63,124 nt of DNA from positions 19,476,648 through 19,539,771 of the forward strand of contig NC_068987.1 of assembly GCF_001194135.2 (NCBI RefSeq), in the 5' to 3' direction. Shown piece by piece: positions 1 through 12,010 of the stretch. This DNA is from Octopus bimaculoides (taxonomy: Eukaryota). The position numbers and the translations under genes are program-made. Each line of letters starts with the position of its first letter. The first letter of the stretch is position 1. The notes beneath the pieces were generated by a model. That model was not told the origin of the DNA and ran no database searches. It saw only the letters and a program-made list of their open reading frames with translations.

Positions 1-43
<43 letters not shown>
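1..43 (+). repeat. (CA)n microsatellite
   Basis: Direct reading. Confidence 0.98.
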
Positions 44-44
<1 letters not shown>

Positions 45-105
45 TCTCATTTTTATATATATAGATAAACTGCAAATCAAAAATATGTTATCTTTGTTGG
101 TCTAG

Positions 106-203
106 GTGTTGGCAATGGTGACGGTAGTGACCTCAGTATAGAGATACGTACCGCTGAAAACCTCATCTATGAGTGCCACTTAGGTGCAAGTATTAACTGT
201 CAG
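106..203 (+). CDS. VSP: Voltage-sensing phosphatase (VSP/TPTE family), C2-domain exon; gene begins upstream of window
   Basis: tctag|GTGTTGGC...TGTCAG|gtgagt; 98 nt, phase 1 to 0; (G)VGNGDGSDLSIEIRTAENLIYECHLGASINCQ, resembling the recalled Ciona VSP C2 segment GVGRGNGSDLSMQI; in frame with the next exon. Confidence 0.88.
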
Positions 204-474
204 GTGAGTGAGAGATTTATTTCTCAGCAGACTTAATATATCTCAACAGAAAATAATTTCAAACATGATATTCTTCAACAAAAAAATAGATCAGTATATA
301 AAACTGCTTTCTGCAGTTGAGAGTAATGAAATTTCGAGTAGACATGTTTGATTTCTGCAGTAAAGGGAAAATGCCTATTACAGTTGTTTCAGTTGATCTC
401 TGCTTTAAATCACATTACTCAAATATTTATGAGGTAATTTACACAATACTTGTGTAATTTATATGCAGTTGCAG

Positions 475-1195
475 GAATGGCTGTGTGGTAAGTAGCTTGC
501 TTACCAATCACATGGTTCTGGGTTCAGTCCCACTGTGTGGCACCTTGGGCCAACCAAAGCATTGTGAGTGGATTTGGTAGACGGAAACTGAAAGAAGCCT
601 GTCGTATATATGTATATATATATATATATATATGGCACATAAAAGACACCATTTCGAGCGTGGCCGTTTTCGTGCGGGTGACNNNNNNNNNNNNNNNNNN
701 NNNNNNNNNNNNNNNNNNNNNNNNNNNNNNNNNNNNNNNNNNNNNNNNNNNNNNNNNNNNNNNNNNNNNNNNNNNNNNNNNNNNNNNNNNNNNNNNNNNN
801 NNNNNNNNNNNNNNNNNNNNNNNNNNNNNNNNNNNNNNNNNNNNNNNNNNNNNNNNNNNNNNNNNNNNNNNNNNNNNNNNNNNNNNNNNNNNNNNNNNNN
901 NNNNNNNNNNNNNNNNNNNNNNNNNNNNNNNNNNNNNNNNNNNNNNNNNNNNNNNNNNNNNNNNATATGCATGTGTGTGTGTATGTTTGTGTGTCTGTGT
1001 TTTGTCCCCCCAACATCGCTTGACAACCGATGCTGGTGTGTTTACGTCCCCGTAACTTAGCGGTTCGGCCAAAGAGACCGATAGAATAAGTACTAGGCTT
1101 ACAAAGAATAAGTCCTGGGGTCGATTTCTTCGACTAAAGGCGGTGCTCCAGCATGGCCACAGTCAAATGACTGAAGCGAGTAAAAGAGTAAAAGA
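475..1195 (+). mobile_element. tRNA-derived SINE (family A: head, internal TA/TG microsatellite, body, tail), interrupted by another repeat and gap 683-964
   Basis: A-box-like TGGCTGTGTGGTAA, B-box-like GGTTCAGTCCC; body and tail match copies at 11640-12010 and 48365-48722. Confidence 0.85.
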
Positions 1196-1226
1196 GTTGA
1201 AGTACTTTGTAATACCATCTTCTTTA

Positions 1227-1398
1227 GACCTGAGTGGTTGGCGTTAGGAAGGGCATCCAGCTGTAGAAAACTCTGCCAAATCAGATTGGAGCCTGGTGTA
1301 GCCATCTGGTTTTACCAGTCCTCAGTCAAATCGTCCAACCCATGCTAGCATGGAAAGCGGACGTTAAACGATGATGATGATGATGATGATGATGATGT
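1227..1398 (+). mobile_element. Retroposon 3' end with (GAT)n tail (RTE-type)
   Basis: ...CATGCTAGCATGGAAAGCGGACGTTAAACGATGATGAT; repeated at 5190-5345 and inverted at 24540-24690. Confidence 0.75.
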
Positions 1399-1449
1399 GT
1401 GTGTACGTTGATGTTGTTGCAGTTGACTGAGATGCATTTCTATCAACAG

Positions 1450-1545
1450 GTGATTAAATACACAGACAGTGACAGTATCATGATCAACCTGCACCAATGT
1501 CCAGTTCTGGTCGATGATATAAAAGTTAAATTCAATTCTACAAAT
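1450..1545 (+). CDS. VSP: VSP/TPTE C2-domain exon
   Basis: caacag|GTGATT...ACAAAT|gtaagt; 96 nt, phase 0 to 0; VIKYTDSDSIMINLHQCPVLVDDIKVKFNSTN matches the CPVLxxDIKVxF motif of VSP/TPTE. Confidence 0.92.
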
Positions 1546-1894
1546 GTAAGTAGACTCCTCAGGTTTAAGTCTGGGTCAAGCAGGCATTTTTGCCCTTCCC
1601 CTCACATTCTACTCCTTTGGTTTTTCTTTCTACCTCTTTCCTACCTTCATTTTGTCCTTCTCACTCTCACTTCTTATTGGTCCGTGATGCAAAAAAAGTT
1701 GGGATCTCTTGATTTACAGAACTACATTTTTTTTTTCTAGTTTGTAATATAGAATAGCTTTGATCAAAGAGCAAACAAAATTATCTACCTTAATCAGGTA
1801 CTTCCTGTCATGGCCTGCAATCAACTAAAGCTTAGTGAATAAAATTTGATAAACAAATAAACGAAAACAATGCAGAAGTGCTTTGGATGAACAG

Positions 1895-1951
1895 TATATA
1901 CCTGATTGGTAGATATATACCTGATTGGTAGACATATACCTGATTGGTAGA
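1895..1951 (+). repeat. Three tandem copies of a 19-bp unit (TATATACCTGATTGGTAGA)
   Basis: CCTGATTGGTAGA starts at 1901, 1920 and 1939. Confidence 0.95.
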
Positions 1952-2269
1952 CATTATACGTTACTCAGTTTAACACAACCACCTTTAGTGCAGTACATCT
2001 ATAGCGAAGCCTTCAGTTTGAAATTAATTTCCTCTCTTCCTTCCTCTCATCAGTCTTAGAGAAGTCCCTTCTTCCTTATCTAAACCATAAAAAAAACTAT
2101 TTCAGTTTGACATTTGTTTAAGACTTTCATTAAAAAAGTAGTTAGTCCCTGGTTTGGTATTATTTATAAAAGTAAAATAGAAAGAAAATTCAACTGAAAA
2201 GTGTGTCTTTGCTTAAAAATCATCAATTCTCATCTTTGTTTTCGGTTGGCCAATAAGTAAGTCACTATA

Positions 2270-2490
2270 AGTTGGCAAGCTGGCAGAAACGTTAGCACGC
2301 TGGGCAAAAATGCTTAGCAGTATTTCATCTGTCTTTATGTTCTGAGTTCAAATTCTGTCGAGGTCAACTTTGTCTTTTATCCTTTCAGGGTCGATAAATT
2401 AAGTACCAGTTGCATACTGGGGTTGATCTAATTGACTGGACCCCTCCCCAAAAATTTCGGGCCTTGTACCTAGAGTAGAAAAGAATAAGT
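2270..2490 (+). mobile_element. tRNA-derived SINE (family C, the most abundant in the window)
   Basis: GGCAAGCTGGCAGAAACGTTAGCAC...GAGTTCAAATTC...GGCCTTGTACCTAGAGTAGAAAAG; more than 25 related copies in the window. Confidence 0.85.
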
Positions 2491-2604
2491 AAGCACTATA
2501 CTAGAAATTGCAGCCAAATCTTCTTCAAATTGCATTCTATCTTATTAAGGGTTTCAAATTTTGGCACAAGGCCAGAAGTTTTGACAGGAGGTAAAAGTAA
2601 AGTT

Positions 2605-2848
2605 ACCGTCTTGAGTCATGCTAACTCATAAGGGGCCAGATTCCCAGTTTCCATGGCATATAAATTCTCCACTGAGATAGGATGCCAGTCCATTGCAGGA
2701 TTACTCACTTTTGCCATCTGAGTGGACTGGAGCTACGTGAAATGAAGTGTCTTGGTTAAGAACACAACACTTCGCCTGGTACAGGAACCAAAACCACAAT
2801 CTTACGATCATGAGTCCAACACCCTAACCACTAGGCCATGCACTTCCA
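2605..2848 (-). mobile_element. tRNA-derived SINE (family D, with TTGCTCCAGTCCACTCAG-type central domain)
   Basis: tRNA-like head at right end; related copies at 23070-23400, 32760-32870 and 51215-51310. Confidence 0.7.
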
Positions 2849-3686
2849 CTTTTGACAAGAGGAGAGTAAGTTGATTACATTGACCTCAATATGTGACTGG
2901 TAATTTATGTTCTTAACCTTGAACAATGAAACAACAAAATTGATTTTGGCAAGATTTGAACTCAGAACATAAAGAGCCAGAATTAATGTTGCTAAGCATT
3001 TTATCCAACACACTAATGATTCTGTCAATCTGCTGCCTTATTCTACCATATTGATAAAAGAACAGCAGATTTGATCATGTAGTTTTAGATACATTATGTC
3101 AGAATAGAAAACGATATAGTTATGGCTGGAACATCTCTGATGAAAGGTGTGCACATTCAGGACTTACCTGAGGCTAAATAACAATTAGCATTTCGGAATT
3201 TTAAGATCATGTTGTTCAGTCGCAAGTCATCTTTGACTGAGCAGATGCATGATGAAAAGAGTTCAAGTTATGACCCGCACCCCACTCTTCCTTGGTCGTT
3301 ACATTGGTCAGACTATGTAAACTAATCTCCCCCTCTCTCTCTTTTTAAGGGTGTAATTAAAAGGAGATTTAGCTGTTATTTCTAGCAAGCTAAGCAACCA
3401 CATAGTGTCCCTTTTTCAGCAAAGGTATTCCTAATTGTGTTTGAGTGAAAAATTATCTGGACATAAATATAGCATAAATTTATAAAGTTACATTCAATTC
3501 TGGAAGCGGAATAGTTTTATTGAGAAATGCACTTGGCTACAAACCAAAAAGAGATAGGAGGGGAGTTCGAATCTCACTCACCTGATAACTTTCTTTTTTA
3601 TTTGTCTGTCTTGTCATATTCTCCTCCATTTTTATATTTACATTTAATACATGCAAATTTATTCATTTTTTTTTTTTCTATTTCAG

Positions 3687-3760
3687 AAAAAACTTCCAAA
3701 GGGATATGATTATTGTCCGTTTTATTTCTGGTTTCACACATCATTCATTGAAGATCACAG
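3687..3760 (+). CDS. VSP: VSP/TPTE C2-domain exon
   Basis: Poly-T tract + tttcag|AAAAAACTT...CACAG|gtaaat; 74 nt, phase 0 to 2; [24 protein letters not shown] is the LPxxYDxCPFYFWFxTSF signature of VSP/TPTE. Confidence 0.95.
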
Positions 3761-4453
3761 GTAAATGTATGTGTGTGTATGTTGTGTGTGCATTTGTGTC
3801 TTTCTCTTGCTGAGTGTTTGTTCAGGCACCATGCAAAAATAAGGTCACCATTCAAATAATCTGTCACTGTTTACATTCTGCTGCAAAAAAAAAACATATT
3901 CCTGCCATTGGGCTGTTCAACATTTGAAGGACTCACAGAAACGTTTACTTACTTGGAAACAAGTGAGGGTTAGTGACAGGAAGTGTATCTGACCATCTGC
4001 CAGGTTTTTCTGACATCACTGACAGTTTAACCAGTGCTAAGTTATATCAGTTTGGCTGATTTTCAGTCAGGCATTTGGCATTTGTCTGACTGTGACTGAT
4101 AGTCTGTAATACGGTGAAATCATGTGATACAAAAGTGCTACCTGCCAGTACTGACGAAATACTAACAACCAATGTTGTCAGTGCTTTTAAATACTTGTTG
4201 TCTTCAAGAGATGATTTCTTGGATATTTACCGCAGTCCTAGGTGTTATGAAAATTAACACCAAGTTTTATGTTGGATGTGCTAATTAATTCCACCTCAGT
4301 ATGTTTCATGCGATAATTGCTAGCACGAAAATGTGGATGTTCGAAACGATGATCATGATGATGGTGGTGGTGTTGATAATGATGGTGGTGGTGTTGATAA
4401 TGATGGTGGTAACAACAACTGCATGTCACTACCTTTCTTTCTTTCTTTTCCAG

Positions 4454-4562
4454 TTTATATTTGTCTCGAGATGAAATTGATAATCCACACAAACCAAAAT
4501 TATGGAATATTTACAGAGAGAATTTCGCCATTATAGCTTCATTTGAAGACGTTAAGGGTTGA
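4454..4562 (+). CDS. VSP: VSP/TPTE last coding exon with stop
   Basis: ctttcttttccag|TTTATATTTG...GGTTGA; completes AG+T; SLYLSRDEIDNPHKPKLWNIYRENFAIIASFEDVKG*, matching the LxRxEIDNPHKxKxWxIYxxxF end of VSP. Confidence 0.95.
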
Positions 4563-4639
4563 GGTGAGTCGTTATTCAGCTAATCAAGCAGGTCTTCTTT
4601 TTTCCTTATTCCTTCTTTTATCCTCTTCTTCTTGCTTTC

Positions 4640-5345
4640 CTCCTTTCTGGCACTTGTGCCCGGGGCATGTGTAAGGACTTTCAAGCAAGGTTGTTGCCAG
4701 TGCCCCTGGGCTGGCTCTTGTGTGGGTGGCACATAAAATACACCGTTTTGAGCGTGGCCGTTGCCAGTACCGCCTGACTGGCCTTCGTAGGATTTTCGAG
4801 CGAGATCGTTGCCAGTGCCCCTGGACTGGCTCTTGTGTGGGTGGCACATAAAATACACCGTTTTGAGCGTGGACATTGCCAGTACCGCCTGACTGGCCTT
4901 CGTAGGATTTTCGAGCGAGATCGTTGCCAGTGCCNNNNNNNNNNNNNNNNNNNNNNNNNNNNNNNNNNNNNNNNNNNNNNNNNNNNNNNNNNNNNNNNNN
5001 NNNNNNNNNNNNNNNNNNNNNNNNNNNNNNNNNNNNNNNNNNNNNNNNNNNNNNNNNNTGTTGCCAGTGCCCCTGGGCTGGCTCTTGTGTGGGTGGCACA
5101 TAAAATACACCGTTTTGAGCGTGGCCGTTGCCAGTACCGCCTGACTGGCCTTCATGCGGGTGACACGTAAAAGCACCCACTACACTCTCTGAGTGGTTGG
5201 CGTTAGGAAAGGCATCCAGCTGTAGAAACTCTGCCAAATCAGATTGGAGCCTGGTGTTGCCATCCGGTTTCACCAGTCCTCAGTCAAATCGTCCAACCCA
5301 TGCTAGCATGGAAAGCGGCCGTTAAATGATGATGATGATGATGAT
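4640..5345 (+). mobile_element. Retroposon with an internal 115-bp tandem array and RTE-type (GAT)n tail
   Basis: Unit starts GTTGCCAGTGCCCCTGG at 4693, 4808, 4923 and again at 5060 after the gap; tail near-identical to 1227-1398. Confidence 0.85.
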
Positions 5346-6194
5346 GGTGTGGATGGCAGAATTGGTAGGGTATTAGTAAAAAAGCCTTGTGGTATTTAAT
5401 TACATCTCCTTATATCTGTGTCCAGATTTCATTTTAGTGGATAAAATAAGCCAAGTACTGGGGTTGATGAAACTGACTTGTTGTCTCCCTCTAAGATTGC
5501 TGGCCTTGTGCCAAAATTAGAAACCATTAAAAGCAGCAAGCTGGAAGAATTATTAGCACATTGGACAAAATGCCTCACACTATTTCTTCTGACTCATTAT
5601 GTTCTGAGTTCAAATTCTGCTGAGGTCAACTTTGCATTTCATCACTCCAGGGTCGATAAAGTACCACTCAAGAATTGAGGTAGATATCATCAACTAGTCA
5701 CTCACTCCCCACCCCCACCCCCGATTTCAGGCCCAATGCTGCCCTCTAGCTAACTGGATCTTGTCAAACCATCCAGTTCATGCTAACATGGAATCGTCAT
5801 CATTTAGCATCTGCTTTCCATGCTGGCATGCGTTAAATGTGCATCCAAGTACATGAAGGACAAATACAGGAGTACGTCCTCATAAATGAAAGATCCCCAG
5901 TACTAAATACGAAATATATGTAGAAGGTAGTCATACCCCAATACCCACAGTTTATATATACACAGGTAGAGTTGTTAGTAGGCTGTTATGTAGACACACA
6001 CACACACACACATATATAGGTAAATAAATATGTAAGTAAACAGATAGACAAGCATACATATACACACATAAATGAATACTGAAACACATGAACATATACA
6101 CACACTAGGACACATATGGAGACACATCTATACATAACAGATACACATACATAGTCACACAAACCCATGCACACACAAGGAGACAGGTACACAC

Positions 6195-6510
6195 ACAAAT
6201 GTTGTTGTTGGCACTCCGTCGCTTACGACGTCGAGGGTTCCAGTTGATCCGATCAACGGAACAGCCTGCTTGTGAAAATAACGTGCAAGTGGCTGAGCAC
6301 TCCACAGACACGTGTACCGTTAACGTAGTTCTCGGGGATATTCAGCGTGACACAGTGTGACAAGGCTGACCCTTTGAATTACAGGCACAACAGAAACAGG
6401 AAGTAAGAGTGAGAGAAAGTTGTGGTGAAAGAGTACAGCAGGGTTCGCCACCATCCCCTGCTGGAGCCTCGTGGGGCTTTAGGTGTTTTCGCTCAATAAA
6501 CACTCACAAC
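6195..6510 (-). mobile_element. Young-looking SINE-like repeat (CpG-rich), head probably in gap 6511-6755
   Basis: CpG-rich block; a decayed relative lies at about 48040-48240. Confidence 0.65.
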
Positions 6511-9500
6511 NNNNNNNNNNNNNNNNNNNNNNNNNNNNNNNNNNNNNNNNNNNNNNNNNNNNNNNNNNNNNNNNNNNNNNNNNNNNNNNNNNNNNNNNNN
6601 NNNNNNNNNNNNNNNNNNNNNNNNNNNNNNNNNNNNNNNNNNNNNNNNNNNNNNNNNNNNNNNNNNNNNNNNNNNNNNNNNNNNNNNNNNNNNNNNNNNN
6701 NNNNNNNNNNNNNNNNNNNNNNNNNNNNNNNNNNNNNNNNNNNNNNNNNNNNNNNACACACACACACGTATACACACGCACATTGATGCACACACGTGCA
6801 CAAACAAAAATGAAAGCAGCTTCAATAACGGACAGTCAACTCCTATTGAAGAAGTTGCAAGACGCAATGAAAATTTTAGAAAAAAATAAATAAGTAAATG
6901 AGTGGAAATTGAACCGGAGAGTATGTTAAGTAATAAGAGACTAAAGGAGAATGACTCTGCCCAGATACAATAAAATGGGTTAAATGGTTTGACTGGAACT
7001 GATAAGTCAGAGAGCTGCACCATGGTTTCTACAGCTGGATGCCCTTCCTAACACCAACCACTCCAAGAGTGTAATGGGTGCTTTTTACATGCCAGTAGCA
7101 CAGGTGCCAGTTATGTGACACCACAGATGTTGAATGATAATGAGGTTTTGTGTAAAGTTTATGCTGTGAATGTGTGTTGTGTTATATTGTTTAAACGTGG
7201 TGCAGCAATGCATTGGTGGAGCGCAGAGAGCAAAATGAGGTAAGTATGACATCTCGGTCATCTTTTGCATCAAATCTTCATCCCCTGGCTCTCTTGGCCT
7301 GGTTTTGTCTTATCACTGGATTGAAGATGGTCACAGTGCACAACAAAGTCACAGCACCAGTCATTAGGGATGGCATCCTTGTCACTCTGATGGATGAACA
7401 TGTTTACTGCTGATTCTGTATAGTTTGTATTTTATTTTCATTGGATGATAAATTGTATAGAATATATCATGCGCTGAGAGTTTATTCCAAGTCATAAGTA
7501 TTTTTTCTCCCTTCTTTGTTAGTTGAACAAACATTCCAGATGAAACCGAAGTTGTTAAATGAACAAACAAACAACCATAAAACAAAACCAAGACCATCCT
7601 GTTTTTGCCATTCACTGAAGAATGTATCTGCTGTCATGTTATGTCTCTGAACGTCCCCCTAACAACAACCTCGTCTAAGCCTCATTTATGAGTCATTTAG
7701 TGAAAATGCCTTGCTATCATGGAACGGTGAAGGGTTATGTCCAATCAAATTTATTCCCTCCTACCACAACATATTTTTATCATGAAACATTTATCAAGAA
7801 CTATTACACCAATGAAATATTGAAATTTTGATCACCCTTGGTTAATCATTTCTCTTTCTTCATAAAGACTGTGTCAAAGTCGGCAGGTGGCGGAGACTCT
7901 GTAAAATAACACAACACCATTTAAATTAAACTTAGTATACATAGAACTTCTTACTTGATGTGGTGGTGATATTACGACAATCATAACATGCTCTCCTGTT
8001 TCCTAGAAAATCTTTTACCCAATTCATTTCAAACTTGTATGAAATTTGAAAATCATTTCAGTTATAACAAATTTCAGCCCTGTTTAAACAGATGTCATTG
8101 TGTGGAAACAGCAAAATCCAAAACCTTGAAACATTTAATAGTCTGCCTAATTTAGTTATTTAGAGAAAGATTTTAAAACCTGTTAATTTTGGTACATTGT
8201 ATTATGAAAATGCTCCAACTCTGCCTTCCTCTAAGTTGAACAACTCAAATTATATATCGTTAGGTATATAATTAACATTCCTAGCCTTTCAATTTGCTCG
8301 TATTCAGGGAAACCTAAAGGCCAATGGTTCACAACCATTTTTTGTCTATGGACCCCTTTGATTCCTGTTTTACTCAGGTTTGTGGCATCAGGGTGGGACC
8401 TTCATAGCCATTTGATGTCAAAAAAATGTTTTTGATTAAATATTATAATTACCCATAAATTTTATATAACAAAATCTTATATGAACCCCCATCCCCAGGG
8501 CCATGTCCCCCCCCCCCCCNNNNNNNNNNNNNNNNNNNNNNNNNNNNNNNNNNNNNNNNNNNNNNNNNNNNNNNNNNNNNNNNNNNNNNNNNNNNNNNNN
8601 NNNNNNNNNNNNNNNNNNNNNNNNNNNNNNNNNNNNNNNNNNNNNNNNNNNNNNNNNNNNNNNNNNNNNNNNNNNNNNNNNNNNNNNNNNNNNNNNNNNN
8701 NNNNNNNNNNNNNNNNNNNNNNNNNNNNNNNNNNNNNNNNNNNNNNNNNNNNNNNNNNNNNNNNNNNNNNNNNNNNNNNNNNNNNNNNNNNNNNNNNNNN
8801 NNNNNNNNNNNNNNNNNNNNNNNNNNNNNNNNNNNNNNNNNNNNNNNNNNNNNNNNNNNNNNNNNNNNNNNNNNNNNNNNNNNNNNNNNNNNNNNNNNNN
8901 NNNNNNNNNNNNNNNNNNNNNNNNNNNNNNNNNNNNNNNNNNNNNNNNNNNNNNNNNNNNNNNNNNNNNNNNNNNNNNNNNNNNNNNNNNNNNNNNNNNN
9001 NNNNNNNNNNNNNNNNNNNNNNNNNNNNNNNNNNNNNNNNNNNNNNNNNNNNNNNNNNNNNNNNNNNNNNNNNNNNNNNNNNNNNNNNNNNNNNNNNNNN
9101 NNNNNNNNNNNNNNNNNNNNNNNNNNNNNNNNNNNNNNNNNNNNNNNNNNNNNNNNNNNNNNNNNNNNNNNNNNNNNNNNNNNNNNNNNNNNNNNNNNNN
9201 NNNNNNNNNNNNNNNNNNNNNNNNNATATATATATATATAAATTTTGTTTGTATTTGAAGGATATAAAATACATTTCATTCACATCTAAAAGCAGCACAA
9301 GTTGTTTCACTTTCTGATATTCTAAATGTTGTTTCCATTTCAATTTATTAACAATGAAAATGTAAACAAAATTCATACACACATTCAAAAAGTACAAGTA
9401 TAAATCTCTTAACCATTATCAGCTTCTGATCTAAAGGAAAAAAAAAATTATAAATTCTGAATATTTGAACTAAAATCCCAAAACCATTTGAAATTTTTTT

Positions 9501-9960
9501 TTTCAATTTTTGAAGGCATAATGAAAAATTTTGAATAAGAGTGGGTGTAAAAAAAATCCACACTTAAATGAATAAATACCAAAATATTTAATGTATGTTT
9601 TTGACTCTACAAGTGCTAATATTTCTAAGAAGTTTCAAATATGTTTTCACTCAAACTACCTCCTCCTCTCCCCTATTCTGTCTGCCTGCTTCTTTGGCTT
9701 TCCTAAATTTTTCTTACATATGAACTCTTATGTAGACACACACAAATGTTCCTATTGATATTCAATTCAGATAAACTCTGTTTATAAGACAAATGGATAT
9801 TATTCATAAAGAAATGTGTAATTCATAAGTATGGAAGCATCTATCTGCTGAAAATAGAGGCTTGTTAAATATGGAAGTTCTCAACTGCCAAAATAAATAC
9901 AAATGAATAAAGAAAGTTCTTTCTGAATAGTTCAAAATATATTAGAAAAGGAATTAGTCT

Positions 9961-10046
9961 TATTTACATTAGACAGATATTTGTCCTCATCTTGTTTGTT
10001 ATTAACAACAAACAAGATGAGTACAAATATCGGTCAAATGTAAATA
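9961..10046. repeat. 86-bp palindrome (40-bp arms, 3 mismatches)
   Basis: TATTTACATTAGACAGATATTTGTCCTCATCTTGTTTGTT / AACAAACAAGATGAGTACAAATATCGGTCAAATGTAAATA. Confidence 0.95.
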
Positions 10047-11639
10047 ATGTACATAATTCCTCATCGCTTAAATATAGAACGGAATGTCTTGTCTCTGTGA
10101 TCTAGGTTCAAGTCTCACTGCACTTGATGTTTGCCTTTCAGCTATCCAGTAATATACTGGAGGAATGAGTTAGTCCACACAAATTGGCCTTGTTGCACCA
10201 TCTGTGCAGGAAATTATTGTGTGTGTAAGTTCTGGGGGTGGGATAATCTTTTCTGAAAGCTTAGAAAGCTTAGATTTGCAAATTTACAAACTGGCTTTAT
10301 TCCGAATGAAAGCTATGTCATTTCATTTATTGAAAGGCATGAGTACCACTACATCATTATTTCCTCTCCTTAAAATACAGGAATTTATATGCGACTTAAA
10401 AAATAAAATCTAATATTTATCAATAATCCCCGTCCAAAAAATAGAAACAAAACATAGAAATAAAAACATTAAAAAAAAACCTTTCTATTCCATAATACAG
10501 ATTTTTAACCAATTTTTTAAGAAGTGGGAGAATTTTTCAGAAATATGAAAATAAATGTTTTTTTAAGAAATATACATTTCAAAGTTTTATTTTGTGGAAA
10601 AAAAAAAAAAAAAAAAAAAAAAANNNNNNNNNNNNNNNNNNNNNNNNNNNNNNNNNNNNNNNNNNNNNNNNNNNNNNNNNNNNNNNNNNNNNNNNNNNNN
10701 NNNNNNNNNNNNNNNNNNNNNNNNNNNNNNNNNNNNNNNNNNNNNNNNNNNNNNNNNNNNNNNNNNNNNNNNNNNNNNNNNNNNNNNNNNNNNNNNNNNN
10801 NNNNNNNNNNNNNNNNNNNNNNNNNNNNNNNNNNNNNNNNNNNNNNNNNNNNNNNNNNNNNNNNNNNNNNNNNNNNNNNNNNNNNNNNNNNNNNNNNNNN
10901 NNNNNNNNNNNNNNNNNNNNNNNNNNNNNNNNNNNNNNNNNNNNNNNNNNNNNNNNNNNNNNNNNNNNNNNNNNNNNNNNNNNNNNNNNNNNNNNNNNNN
11001 NNNNNNNNNNNNNNNNNNNNNNNNNNNNNNNNNNNNNNNNNNNNNNNNNNNNNNNNNNNNNNNNNNNNNNNNNNNNNNNNNNNNNNNNNNNNNNNNNNNN
11101 NNNNNNNNNNNNNNNNNNNNNNNNNNNNNNNNNNNNNNNNNNNNNNNNNNNNNNNNNNNNNNNNNNNNNNNNNNNNNNNNNNNNNNNNNNNNNNNNNNNN
11201 NNNNNNNNNNNNNNNNNNNNNNNNNNNNNNNNNNNNNNNNNNNNNNNNNNNNNNNNNNNNNNNNNNNNNNNNNNNNNNNNNNNNNNNNNNNNNNNNNNNN
11301 NNNNNNNNNNNNNNNNNNNNNNNNNNNNNNNNNNNNNNNNNNNNNNNNNNNNNNNNNNNNNNNNNNNNNNNNNNNNNNNNNNNNNNNNNNNNNNNNNNNN
11401 NNNNNNNNNNNNNNNNNNNNNNNNNNNTTCCGTTTGCCAGTGCCACTTTTCCTTTTGGTTTGTATGAAGCTGGAAAAATTAGGAGAAAAAAAATTCATCA
11501 GATATTGATTTTGGTGTATTTCTTAGTGGATGGTTTTAGGTGCTTTAAAAGTTCAAAATTTTGTTAATTTTTATATAACACATGCGTGCGTGCGCACACA
11601 CACACACACATACACACACACACACACCCCCTTTTATTC

Positions 11640-12010
11640 TTTTAGTAGTTTCAGTCATTTGACTGCGGCCATGCTGTAGCACCACCTTTAGTCGGACAAA
11701 TCAACCCCAGGACTCATTCTTTGTAAGCTTAGTACTTATTCTATCGGTTCTCTTTTGCCAAACTGCTAAGTTATGGGGGATGTAAGCACACTGACATTGG
11801 TTGTCAAGCAATGGTGGGGGGACAAAAACAGACACACAAACGTATATATATGACAGGCTTCTTTCAGTTTCCGTCTACCAAATCCACTCTTGTGAGTGGC
11901 TTTGGTCAACACGAGGCTATAGTAGAAGACACTTGCCCAAGATGCCATGCAGTGGGACTGAACCTAGGACCATGTGGCTGGTGAACAAGCTACTTACTAC
12001 ACAGCCACTC
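11640..12010 (-). mobile_element. Full-length family A SINE
   Basis: Head at about 11850-12010, body and tail at about 11640-11830, all on the minus strand. Confidence 0.85.

Noticed and set aside
3137-3175. CTGATGA followed by an AGGT/ACCT stem
   Set aside because: GAGG instead of GAAA and no stem III; insufficient for a hammerhead call
106-4562. PTEN assignment
   Set aside because: Lacks the PTEN KKDKMFHFWVNTFF-type loop and the C-terminal tail; matches VSP/TPTE motifs and ends right after the C2 domain
4580-5273. ORFs with repeated peptides
   Set aside because: Produced by the 115-bp tandem array in a retroposon
7206-7239. Possible VSP 3' UTR exon ending in AG|gtaagt
   Set aside because: Weak acceptor, and it lies in what looks like decayed transposon sequence
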